A DNA stretch of 64,000 nt. Source: an uncultured Ectothiorhodospiraceae bacterium. GTDB lineage: Bacteria; Pseudomonadota; Gammaproteobacteria; GCA-002705445; GCA-002716945. Shown in pieces: positions 27,497-36,139 of the stretch. Position 1 is the first letter of the stretch. Every line of letters starts with the position of its first letter. The stretch is from the NCBI GenBank assembly GCA_964342155.1, contig CAYFEQ010000005.1, positions 24,889 to 88,888 on the forward strand. Direction: 5' to 3'. The notes under the pieces were generated by a model. The model did no database searches and was not told where the DNA came from. It saw nothing but the letters and a program-made list of their open reading frames with translations. Position numbers and translations under genes: made by a program.

Positions 27497-28254
27497 AAAC
27501 TTTAGCTGTTATTCCAGCTAGATGGACATCAAAAAGATTTCCTGGAAAGCCAATTGCAAATATTATGGGTTTACCTATGATTGTTCATGTTTATAACCGA
27601 ACAAAAGGTTCAAAAGAAATTACAGATGTCATAATTGCCACGGATGATAAAAGGATAGCTAATGTCTGTAAGCAACATTCATTGAACTACATAATGACAT
27701 CAAAGAAATGCAAGACTGGGACAGACAGAGTAGCAGAAGTTGCTAAAAAAATTCAAGCAACATTTTATATCAATATCCAAGGTGATAGCCCGTTAGTTAA
27801 TAAACAAGATATAGACAAAATGGTGAAAGCACATAAAATTTTTATTAAAAAAGGAATTTCAGTAACCAATTCTTATGTACTTGAAAATAAAACAAATTTT
27901 AAACGTTCATTAAAAAATTTATCTCCACATGCTTATTTAATTCAGAAAAAAGATGGAACCATTTTATCTATATCACGTCATACAATCCCATATATATTTA
28001 CAGGCGAAGGTAAGAATGTAGTTTCTTATAAATATAAGTCTCATGTTGGGATGTATGTATTTACAAGAAATAGTCTTCTAAAATACACTAAGTTAAAACA
28101 AGGAGAAATAGAAAAATCAGAAGGAATTGAAATGTTAAGATTTATAGAGAATGGTATAAAAATAGGTTGTGTCCAGATAAAAGGAGGAGATCAAACAGTT
28201 GATCATAAAGAGGATATAATCAAAGTAGAGAAAATGATGAGAAAAAAGGTATGA
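27493..28254 (+). CDS. kdsB: 3-deoxy-manno-octulosonate cytidylyltransferase (CMP-Kdo synthetase)
   Basis: The N-terminal AVIPARWTSKRFPGKPIANIMGLPMIVHV (KdsB has iPARy.StRLPGKPL..I.GkPMi) is followed by TGTDRVAEV and NIQGDSPL. Confidence 0.8.
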   Translation: MKTLAVIPARWTSKRFPGKPIANIMGLPMIVHVYNRTKGSKEITDVIIATDDKRIANVCKQHSLNYIMTSKKCKTGTDRVAEVAKKIQATFYINIQGDSPLVNKQDIDKMVKAHKIFIKKGISVTNSYVLENKTNFKRSLKNLSPHAYLIQKKDGTILSISRHTIPYIFTGEGKNVVSYKYKSHVGMYVFTRNSLLKYTKLKQGEIEKSEGIEMLRFIENGIKIGCVQIKGGDQTVDHKEDIIKVEKMMRKKV

Positions 28255-29027
28255 ACTATATTGAAAAAGAATTTGGTGTTAAGAATCGTGTTGTTGTGAT
28301 AACAGGGGCAGGAGGGCACATCTGTGGTTCTGTTGCTGAGGCTTTTGCTAAAGCAGGCGCAAAATTAGCTTTATTAGATATAAGAAAAAAGAATATTGAT
28401 AAAAAAAGTTTTTTGAAAAAAATGTCTCCAAGAAACTATCTTGCTTTGGAATGTGATGTGACAAATAAGAGCCAGATAATTGAATGTTCTAAAAAAGTAA
28501 TAAAAAAATTTGGAACTATTGATGTTTTAATAAATGGAAGTGGAATAAATTCACCATCTGAATTTTTTAATATTTCAGAAAAAGAATGGAATGATATTCT
28601 TTCTGTTAATTTGAAAGGCACCATGTTTTGTTGTCAAATCTTTGGAAAATATATGTGTAAAAAGAAAAAAGGATCGATTATCAATATTTCATCGGTTTCA
28701 TCTGACCCACCTTTATCTAAAGCTTTTACATATTCAGTATCAAAAGCTGCAATTAAAAACTTAACACAAAATTTAGCAAGAGAATGGGCTCAATCTAATG
28801 TGAGAGTAAATTCAATTAAACCAGGGTTTTTTCCAACAAAATGGAACTTACAAAATTTTATAACTCAAAAAAGAAAAAATGCTATTCTTAATCACACGCC
28901 AATGAAAAGATTTGGAAAACCAACAGAATTAGTAGGGGGTTTTATTTGGCTTGCATCAGATGCTTCTGTCTTTGTAACTGGGGCAGAGATTACTATCGAT
29001 GGTGGTTTTTCTTCCTGTACAATATAA
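28251..29027 (+). CDS. Short-chain dehydrogenase/reductase (classical SDR)
   Basis: It has the TGAGGHICGSVA glycine motif, NGSG (NNAG-like) and the catalytic YSVSK (YxxxK). Confidence 0.75.
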   Translation: MNYIEKEFGVKNRVVVITGAGGHICGSVAEAFAKAGAKLALLDIRKKNIDKKSFLKKMSPRNYLALECDVTNKSQIIECSKKVIKKFGTIDVLINGSGINSPSEFFNISEKEWNDILSVNLKGTMFCCQIFGKYMCKKKKGSIINISSVSSDPPLSKAFTYSVSKAAIKNLTQNLAREWAQSNVRVNSIKPGFFPTKWNLQNFITQKRKNAILNHTPMKRFGKPTELVGGFIWLASDASVFVTGAEITIDGGFSSCTI

Positions 29028-29030
29028 TAT

Positions 29031-29792
29031 ATGAGCGAATCAAAAAATAAAACTGTAGTTATTACTGGCGGAACACAAGGTATAGGTCTTGAAATTGTAA
29101 AAAAATTTCTAGTTAACGATAATAATGTTTTTGTTGGCAGTAGATCTGAGTCCAAAGAATTTAAAGAGCAATGTATTGGCGCTACATTCGTCAAGACAGA
29201 CGTTAAAAAAATTGCTGATATTGAAAATTTAATGGATATAGCTGTAAAACCTACTGGGAATATTGATGTACTTATAAATAATGCTGGTATATCAATTTGG
29301 AAAAAAATAGACAATGTAAATGAAAGTTTCTTTTACGATATAATAGATACAAATCTAAAAGGCGTAGTGTTTTGTTGTAAATATGCTACTAAACAAATGA
29401 AAAATAAAGGTATTATTATTAATATTGCAAGTTTAGCTGGAAAGCGTGGAAGCAAAAATAATTCAATTTATGTAGCTTCAAAATTTGCTGTTGTAGGAGT
29501 TACGCAAGCATTAGCTAAAGAACTAGGGGTTTATGGAATTAGAGTGAACAGTATTTGTCCCGTATATATTGATACCCCTTCATTGTTAGCCAATCTCTCG
29601 GGCGATCACCCTGAAGTTGGTGATTTAGAGCCGTCAGAATTTTTAAAACAATGGGGTAAAGCTAATAGTGCGCTACAAAGACTACCATCAGGAAGTGAAT
29701 GCGCGGATGCATGTTATTACCTTGCATCAGATTCATCTTCAGCAATTACAGGACAAAATATTAATGTTGACTGTGGAGTATTGCCTCAATAA
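29031..29792 (+). CDS. Short-chain dehydrogenase/reductase (classical SDR)
   Basis: It has TGGTQGIGLEI, NNAG and YVASK motifs. Confidence 0.75.
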   Translation: MSESKNKTVVITGGTQGIGLEIVKKFLVNDNNVFVGSRSESKEFKEQCIGATFVKTDVKKIADIENLMDIAVKPTGNIDVLINNAGISIWKKIDNVNESFFYDIIDTNLKGVVFCCKYATKQMKNKGIIINIASLAGKRGSKNNSIYVASKFAVVGVTQALAKELGVYGIRVNSICPVYIDTPSLLANLSGDHPEVGDLEPSEFLKQWGKANSALQRLPSGSECADACYYLASDSSSAITGQNINVDCGVLPQ

Positions 29793-29796
29793 ATCT

Positions 29797-30576
29797 ATGA
29801 ATATTAATGATATAAAAAATAATAATAAAACTATATTTAATGCTTGGTTGCATATTCCGTCGCCCTTTGGCGCTGAAATTATTGCTAAACAAGGTTGGGA
29901 TAGCATTACGATTGATATGCAGCATGGTTTGATCACACATAGTGATGCTTTAGCCATTTTACATGCGATTTCATCTACTAATACCATCCCTTTAATCAGA
30001 GTTCCGTCTAATAATTCAACTGATATTACAAAATGTTTGGATATGGGAGCAAAAGGCATCATCACACCAATGATAGATAATGCATCGCAAGCCCAAGAGT
30101 TTGTAGATGCATGCGTTTTCCCTCCAATAGGGAAAAGAAGTTTTGGGCCAATACGCGCTTATTACACAGAGGATAAAGACTATATCTTAAATTCACACAA
30201 TAAAGTATTGAAAATTATACAAATTGAATCTAAATCAGCATATGAAAACTTGGATTCTATTTTATCAGTTGAGCACCTAGATGGGGTTTATATTGGGCCA
30301 AATGATCTAGCGCTAGGATTAGGCACAAATAGACAAATTGATACAAAAAACCCTCAAAGAGCAAATGAGTTTCAGATAACAGATGAAACGATGGATGCTA
30401 TTGAACATATCCTTAAAAAAACCAAAGAATATGGCTTAATAGCGGGCATTCACAGTACTTCTGAACAGATTACGGCCCTTATGATAGAGAAGGGGTTTCA
30501 GATGGTTACAGCAACGTCTGATGAACGACTTTTAGCCTCTGGTTCACAAAACATGCTAAAAAACCTTAAAAAATAA
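29797..30576 (+). CDS. HpcH/HpaI-family class II pyruvate aldolase (2-keto-3-deoxy-acid aldolase type)
   Basis: WLHIPSPFGAEIIAKQGWDSITIDMQHG ... IRVPSNNSTDITKCLDMGAKGIITPMIDNASQAQEFVDACVFPPIGKRSFGP matches the HpcH/HpaI pattern (EH.p ... RVp ... krvLD.GA.gvmvP.V.taeeA...V.a.rYPP.G.RG). The start was trimmed to the first ATG after the upstream stop. The track ORF begins at 29668, inside the preceding gene. Confidence 0.7.
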   Translation: MNINDIKNNNKTIFNAWLHIPSPFGAEIIAKQGWDSITIDMQHGLITHSDALAILHAISSTNTIPLIRVPSNNSTDITKCLDMGAKGIITPMIDNASQAQEFVDACVFPPIGKRSFGPIRAYYTEDKDYILNSHNKVLKIIQIESKSAYENLDSILSVEHLDGVYIGPNDLALGLGTNRQIDTKNPQRANEFQITDETMDAIEHILKKTKEYGLIAGIHSTSEQITALMIEKGFQMVTATSDERLLASGSQNMLKNLKK

Positions 30577-30600
30577 ATATCTAAACAATCTTGTTTTAAA

Positions 30601-31350
30601 ATGAAAAATATTCTCAAGAATTTTATACTAAGCTTACTTCACTCTGTCAGGTGGGTTATTAAGAAACTTTACATTCACATTATACCTACTGATATCGTAA
30701 GAACAAAAAAACATGGAATGAATTGTTATGACTTGTATCACAAGGAAGAGCTAAAAAAATGTTTTGAGCATTTTAAAAAACATTATCTTACGTCAGTCCA
30801 TCTCACGGGAGATGATCTTCTAAATTATGCAATTCATCATGCTATTAAAAATAATGATGGTCTTTATTTAGAATTTGGTGTTTGGAAAGGTAGAACTTTA
30901 AATATATTTTCTAAACATTTGAAAAATAATAAAATATTTGGTTTTGATACATTTGAAGGAATTAATGAAGATTGGGCTGGAACAGATAAAGCAAAAGGTT
31001 TTTATGGTGCAAACAAAAAAATGCCAAAAGTTAATGATAATTGCATGCTTATAAAGGGATTGATACAGGATACTTTACCTAAATTTTTAACAGAAAACTC
31101 AGATACAAAAATTGCTTTTGCGCATATGGATGTAAATACATATAAATCATCAAAATTTATCTTGAAACTGATAAAGTCGCATTTACATGAAAATGCCATT
31201 ATACTTCTGAGAGGTTGCCATAATTATCCAGGTTGGTCAGTTGGTGAATATAAAGCATTTCAAGAAACTTTTAAACCAAAAGAATATAAGTTCTTGGCAT
31301 TCTCTAAGGATGGCAGTCCAGCTGTAATCCAATTTCTAAAGCATTCTTAA
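30601..31350 (+). CDS. TylF/MycF-like (Methyltransf_24) SAM-dependent O-methyltransferase
   Basis: LEFGVWKGRTLNIF resembles the TylF family vEcGVwrGgS motif, followed by an FGFDTFEG metal/SAM region. Length is 249 aa. Confidence 0.6.
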   Translation: MKNILKNFILSLLHSVRWVIKKLYIHIIPTDIVRTKKHGMNCYDLYHKEELKKCFEHFKKHYLTSVHLTGDDLLNYAIHHAIKNNDGLYLEFGVWKGRTLNIFSKHLKNNKIFGFDTFEGINEDWAGTDKAKGFYGANKKMPKVNDNCMLIKGLIQDTLPKFLTENSDTKIAFAHMDVNTYKSSKFILKLIKSHLHENAIILLRGCHNYPGWSVGEYKAFQETFKPKEYKFLAFSKDGSPAVIQFLKHS

Positions 31351-31411
31351 TTATTTGGTTTTCCATTAGCTTTAATATAGAATCACAATTTACTCAATCA
31401 AATAAAGATAT

Positions 31412-32602
31412 ATGAAATATAAAATTCCTTTTGCTAAGATTGAAACTAGCCTTAAAGAATTTGAATATGTTGAGAATGTTCTCAAGTCTGGGTGGTTGAC
31501 AACAGGTAGTGTAGCAAAAGAATTTGAGGATAACTTCTGCAAATTTACTGGAGCTAAACACGCTTTAGCAGTTAGTTCCTGTACAGCTGCTTTACATCTT
31601 GCATTGAATGCTATATCAATAAAAAAAGGTGACAAGGTTATCGTGCCTTCATTAACTTTTACATCTTCAGCTGAAGTTATTACTTATTTTCAAGCTGATC
31701 CTATATTTGTCGATATTGATTATGATACATGCTTAATAACTCCTGAAATCATACAGAAGGCAATTGATAAGCATGGTGATATTAAAGCAGTGATTACAGT
31801 TCATTTTGCAGGTCATCCAGCAATGATGACGAGTGATAATCAAAAGGGGATACTTGATATTTGTAAAGAAAATAACATAACCGTAATAGAAGATGCTGCT
31901 CACGCATTCCCATCAAAACTAAATAACACATATGTCGGTAACTTTGGAAAGATTACATGTTTTAGTTTTTATGCAAATAAAACTATCACAACAGGAGAAG
32001 GAGGGATGATTGTCTGCGATGATGAAAAATTAATTGAAAAGATTAAAATTATGAGATTGCACGGAATAGATAAAGATCCATGGAAAAGGCAAAACTCAGT
32101 TGGGCCAAAATGGAAATATGATGTGGTTATACCAGGTTTCAAATATAATATGCCTGATATTAATGCAGCTATTGGCCTTGCTCAATTAGAAAAAGCAGAA
32201 AAAATGAGATTAGAGAGACAGAGATGTGCTGAATATTATGCTAAACATTTATCAGAAATTGAATGCATTGAAATACCAAAGTTAAAAGTTAGTTTTTCTG
32301 ATCATTCATGGCATTTATATTTAATAGTTGTTAATGATAAATCAAATGTCTCAAGAGATGAATTGATGGACCTATTAGAGACAGATGGCATATCTACATC
32401 TTTGCACTATATACCACTTCATCAAATGACTTACTATAAAGATACATATAATTTAGATAATCAGGATTTTCCAAATACAGAAAGATACTTCAAGGGCTGT
32501 TTGTCATTACCAATATATCCATCACTAAAAAATGAAGAACTTGAATATATAGTTAAATCTATAAAAAACATTGTGTTACAAAATAATACAAACAAACCTT
32601 AA
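31412..32602 (+). CDS. DegT/DnrJ/EryC1/StrS-family PLP-dependent sugar aminotransferase
   Basis: It is full length at 396 aa, with SGWLTTGS, SSCTAALHLAL, KGDKVIVPSLTF, EDAAHAF and the PLP-lysine region FSFYANKTITTGEGG. Confidence 0.85.
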   Translation: MKYKIPFAKIETSLKEFEYVENVLKSGWLTTGSVAKEFEDNFCKFTGAKHALAVSSCTAALHLALNAISIKKGDKVIVPSLTFTSSAEVITYFQADPIFVDIDYDTCLITPEIIQKAIDKHGDIKAVITVHFAGHPAMMTSDNQKGILDICKENNITVIEDAAHAFPSKLNNTYVGNFGKITCFSFYANKTITTGEGGMIVCDDEKLIEKIKIMRLHGIDKDPWKRQNSVGPKWKYDVVIPGFKYNMPDINAAIGLAQLEKAEKMRLERQRCAEYYAKHLSEIECIEIPKLKVSFSDHSWHLYLIVVNDKSNVSRDELMDLLETDGISTSLHYIPLHQMTYYKDTYNLDNQDFPNTERYFKGCLSLPIYPSLKNEELEYIVKSIKNIVLQNNTNKP

Positions 32603-32623
32603 ATTAATTAATTACTAATTTAA

Positions 32624-33313
32624 ATGGATATTAATAATTCATTTTACGAAGCATCTAATCTAATTATTTCACTAGATTCAAGTTTAATTGAAATAATATC
32701 TTTATCATTATTTGTTTCATTATCAGCAGTTATTATTGCATGTATAATTTCATTTCCAATCGGAAGCTTTCTTGCTATGAAAAAATTTTATGGAAGAGAG
32801 ATTATTATTATAATAGTAAATGCTTTTATGGGTTTACCGCCTGTTGTAGTAGGTTTATTTTTATATCTTATATTCTCATCTGCAGGCATATTTGGTTATT
32901 ATCAATTGTTATACTCCCCAACAATTATGATTATTGCTCAGATTATTATAGTAACGCCAATTATTATTGGATTAACAAAACAAATTATTGAGGATTTATT
33001 TTTTGAATATAGCGATCTACTACTATCTCTTAAGGCAACGATGATACAAAAAATTCAAACCTTAATCTGGGATGCGAGATTTTCTTTACTTACAGTGGCT
33101 TTAGCTGGACTCGGTAGAGCATTAGCAGAAGTAGGGGCGGTAATTATTGTAGGTGGTAACATTGCTCATGTCTCAAGAGTAATGACCACTACAATTGCTA
33201 TGGAGACTTCAAAAGGTGATTTATCTCTTGCGTTAGGATTAGGAATCATTTTAATTTCTATATCCATTTTAATCAATGGAACATTATATTTACTTAGAAA
33301 GTTTCAGTACTGA
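32624..33313 (+). CDS. tupB: ABC transporter permease, TupB-like (tungstate/oxyanion family)
   Basis: ALAEVGAVIIVGGNIAHVSRVMTTTIAMETSKGDLSLALGLGIIL closely parallels the TupB core (EVGA..mVGGNI.g.TRv.TtAIalEtskGd...A). It has 5 to 6 TM helices. Confidence 0.65.
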   Translation: MDINNSFYEASNLIISLDSSLIEIISLSLFVSLSAVIIACIISFPIGSFLAMKKFYGREIIIIIVNAFMGLPPVVVGLFLYLIFSSAGIFGYYQLLYSPTIMIIAQIIIVTPIIIGLTKQIIEDLFFEYSDLLLSLKATMIQKIQTLIWDARFSLLTVALAGLGRALAEVGAVIIVGGNIAHVSRVMTTTIAMETSKGDLSLALGLGIILISISILINGTLYLLRKFQY

Positions 33314-34017
33314 TGCCTAAATACAATATACTTCCTATAAAACTCGATAACGTATGTCTGTCTTTTGGAACACATAAGTTTTTTAATAATTTGTCATTAG
33401 AAATTATAAATGAAGGGATTTCAATTATAATGGGTCCAAATGGTTCTGGTAAAACACTGGTTTTAAAACTGATGTCTGGGCTTCTTAATCCTGACAATGG
33501 AATCATAACTCATGCAAATAAACCTGCATCAACGAATCTGCCATGTGGATTTGTTTTCCAAAAACCAATTCTTTTAAGAAGAACTGTTAAAGAAAACTTA
33601 AGTCATTCTTTATCTATAATAGGAATACAAAGTAAATTTCATGATAATTATATAGAGGAAATTTTACCTAATGGTAAATGGAAGCTATTTTTAAATCGTA
33701 ATGCAAAAAAGTTATCCGTTGGAGAACAACAAGTCTTATCTTTATTAAGGGCATTAATCATAAAGCCTAAAGTTTTGTTTTTAGATGAACCAAGTAGCAG
33801 TTTGGATCCTACAGGTACTTTAATTATTGAAAACCTTATTAATCAAGTAACAAAACAAAAAGTAAAAATCATTATGACTACACATGATATTATTCAAGCT
33901 AAAAGATTGGCTAATGAAATCTTATATTTTGATAACGGTAGATTATTAGAACAAGGGTCTTCAAATGAGATTCTTAATAATCCAAAAAGTCTGACTTCAA
34001 CTTATTATTTTCAATGA
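33313..34017 (+). CDS. tupC: ABC transporter ATP-binding protein (TupC-like)
   Basis: It has Walker A GPNGSGKT, the signature LSVGEQQ and Walker B VLFLDEPSSSLD. It overlaps tupB by 1 nt. Confidence 0.7.
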   Translation: MPKYNILPIKLDNVCLSFGTHKFFNNLSLEIINEGISIIMGPNGSGKTLVLKLMSGLLNPDNGIITHANKPASTNLPCGFVFQKPILLRRTVKENLSHSLSIIGIQSKFHDNYIEEILPNGKWKLFLNRNAKKLSVGEQQVLSLLRALIIKPKVLFLDEPSSSLDPTGTLIIENLINQVTKQKVKIIMTTHDIIQAKRLANEILYFDNGRLLEQGSSNEILNNPKSLTSTYYFQ

Positions 34018-34835
34018 CTGTTATTAAAACAATATTTAATTATGTGATATTATTAGTCTTAGTTTTTAATCATAAAACAACTTTTGCGTCTGATAATTTT
34101 TTACTTCTACAAACTACCACTTCATTAAGAGATTCTGGCTTCCTTGAATATATAATTCCTAAATTTAATGAATTTAATCAAATAGAGATAAGATATGTAG
34201 CTGCTGGAACCGGTAAGGCAATTACTAATGCCAAAAATTGCGATGCTGACTTACTAATAGTACATTCAAAAATAGATGAAATTGCATTTATTAAAAATAA
34301 TTTTGGTAAAACTCGACGAGTACTTATGTACAATAAATTTGTTTTAGTTACTCCTAAGTCTAATCCAGCAAATATTTCTTCAAATGATGATATTGTTTCT
34401 GCATTTAAAAAAATTGCTAATACTAAATCTAAATTCTTAACACGATCAGATAATAGCGGAACCTACAAAGCTGAAACAAAAATTTGGAATATAGCAGAAA
34501 TAAATCCTATCCTTAATAGTGGGGATTGGTACCTTGAATCAGGCCTAGGAATGGGGGCAACTCTCAATATTGCAATAAACCTCGATGCATATGTGTTATC
34601 AGATAATGCCACTTGGTTGCAATTTAAGAATAAATATAATCATCATATAATTCCGATTCAAGATACTCATTTACTCAATATCTATAGTATTGTTACGATT
34701 AATCAAAAAAAATGTCCTAACACTAAGCGGAAGCTTGTGAATATCTTTAGTTCCTGGCTTCTATCTGATCAAGGTAAAGATGCTATCAATTCATTTACAG
34801 TTGATAATCAGCAGCTTTTCTATACATTTCAATAA
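34014..34835 (+). CDS. tupA: Periplasmic substrate-binding protein, TupA-like (PBP_like_2)
   Basis: It has an N-terminal hydrophobic signal. LLLQTTTSLRDSGFLEYIIPKFNEFNQIEIRYVAAGTGKAI...DADLLIVHS matches the TupA pattern (attTStqdSGLld.L.p.Fe...g..v.vvavGtGqal....GdaDvllvHa). Confidence 0.6.
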   Translation: MTVIKTIFNYVILLVLVFNHKTTFASDNFLLLQTTTSLRDSGFLEYIIPKFNEFNQIEIRYVAAGTGKAITNAKNCDADLLIVHSKIDEIAFIKNNFGKTRRVLMYNKFVLVTPKSNPANISSNDDIVSAFKKIANTKSKFLTRSDNSGTYKAETKIWNIAEINPILNSGDWYLESGLGMGATLNIAINLDAYVLSDNATWLQFKNKYNHHIIPIQDTHLLNIYSIVTINQKKCPNTKRKLVNIFSSWLLSDQGKDAINSFTVDNQQLFYTFQ

Positions 34836-34912
34836 TTTGATATTATAATTAGACATAATATATATTATGCGAATATAGATGTATATTTCATCACTACTAC
34901 CTATTCTAATAA

Positions 34913-35269
34913 ATGATTAAAGTACTATTTAATAATAAATGCCCAATATGCTCTAGAGAAATTAATCATTATAAAAGATTAGATCAAAGTAATATTAATT
35001 GGATAGATATCAATAATATAGAAGATTCATCTAAAATTTTTGGTAAGACAAATAGAGAGCTCTTACGAAGACTACATGTAATATATGATGCGCAAGTTTA
35101 TCAGGGTATAGATGCATTTATTATTATTTGGAAAAATATCCCTAAATATAGATTCTTATCAAAAATCATATCATCCCCTATCATTTATCAGATTTCATAT
35201 ATATTGTATGAAATGCTCGCTTTAATTCTATTTTATATAAATTTCAATCAGTTAAAGGACAATTCTTAA
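34913..35269 (+). CDS. DCC1-like thiol-disulfide oxidoreductase family protein (DUF393)
   Basis: The N-terminal VLFNNKCPICSREINHYKRLD matches the DUF393 C-x-x-C signature (lyDGdCplCsrev.f). Length is 118 aa. Confidence 0.6.
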   Translation: MIKVLFNNKCPICSREINHYKRLDQSNINWIDINNIEDSSKIFGKTNRELLRRLHVIYDAQVYQGIDAFIIIWKNIPKYRFLSKIISSPIIYQISYILYEMLALILFYINFNQLKDNS

Positions 35270-35270
35270 T

Positions 35271-36137
35271 TTATTTTCTATAATCTAGGTGACTTTTCAT
35301 AGTTCCCATATTTGGAAAAATTTTAAGTATCTCAGAGAGCTTATATAAAAGATTCTTATTCCCAATGGTCAACCATTGGTTTTGCCTAATTTGCCAGTAA
35401 AATCTACGAAATATAGAGATTTCTTTGAGATCTGAACTTTTAACCCAGAATTCATTATCGCTAAGGAATTCATATGGGTGTAAGTAGATTAAAGGTAAAA
35501 AACCTGCATCTATAGCCTTATTTATAAGTTTTTTAATTATATTTAAAGGCAGCACCTTTAAATAAGTGCCTCCAATTACTCTTGCCTTAAACCCCGGCAA
35601 TACTCTATAACTATAGATAGGAAACTCTATGAGTTTTTTGTCACCAAAAGTTTTAATATCTGTGGTGTTTTCTGGTTGAGATCTTTCTTCACATACATAA
35701 CTAGAATCATAAACAAATCTCTTTGCTAATTCTTCATATGCCCAATCATCTTGTGGCAGAATAGAAAAGCTTGGAGCTCTAAAGCCATATACTTTTTTTC
35801 CTGAAGACTTGCTGATTACCTCTATTGCTTTATCCAAAGATCTAGCAAAAGAGTCTCTTCCAAGTTTATGAACGTTATCATGATAATAGCTATGACACCC
35901 TATTTCGTGTCCGTTATTTGATAACTCTTTAATAATTTCTCCGTGGTCACGGGCAACTTGTCCCGTTGTAAAAAAAGTAACTTCATTTGAACCTGGAGAG
36001 TTTTTTATTGTTTCCATTATACGTTGAATAGAAAACATCAGAGCGTTCTTACGAGTCTGTGGTTTTTTTATTCCTAAAGCACGTTGTAGATCATGAGAGA
36101 AATCTTCAAAATCTATGGATAGATAACACCCTTTCAT
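35271..36137 (-). CDS. Polysaccharide deacetylase-family protein (DUF3473-type, often paired with carbamoyltransferases)
   Basis: LSIDFEDF, FFTTGQVARDHGEIIKEL, GHEIGCHSYYH and GFRAPSFSI are motifs of the NodB-like deacetylase fold. Its stop lies 1 nt from the stop of the convergent + strand gene. Confidence 0.65.
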   Translation of the reverse strand: MKGCYLSIDFEDFSHDLQRALGIKKPQTRKNALMFSIQRIMETIKNSPGSNEVTFFTTGQVARDHGEIIKELSNNGHEIGCHSYYHDNVHKLGRDSFARSLDKAIEVISKSSGKKVYGFRAPSFSILPQDDWAYEELAKRFVYDSSYVCEERSQPENTTDIKTFGDKKLIEFPIYSYRVLPGFKARVIGGTYLKVLPLNIIKKLINKAIDAGFLPLIYLHPYEFLSDNEFWVKSSDLKEISIFRRFYWQIRQNQWLTIGNKNLLYKLSEILKIFPNMGTMKSHLDYRK

Positions 36138-36139
36138 AA

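Noticed and set aside
29668-29796. The track starts the aldolase ORF at 29668, overlapping the preceding SDR by about 125 nt.
   Set aside because: The overlapping 5' extension has no aldolase-like sequence. The first ATG after the SDR stop (29797, MNINDIKN...) gives a compact operon junction and a full HpcH/HpaI domain. The start was trimmed accordingly.
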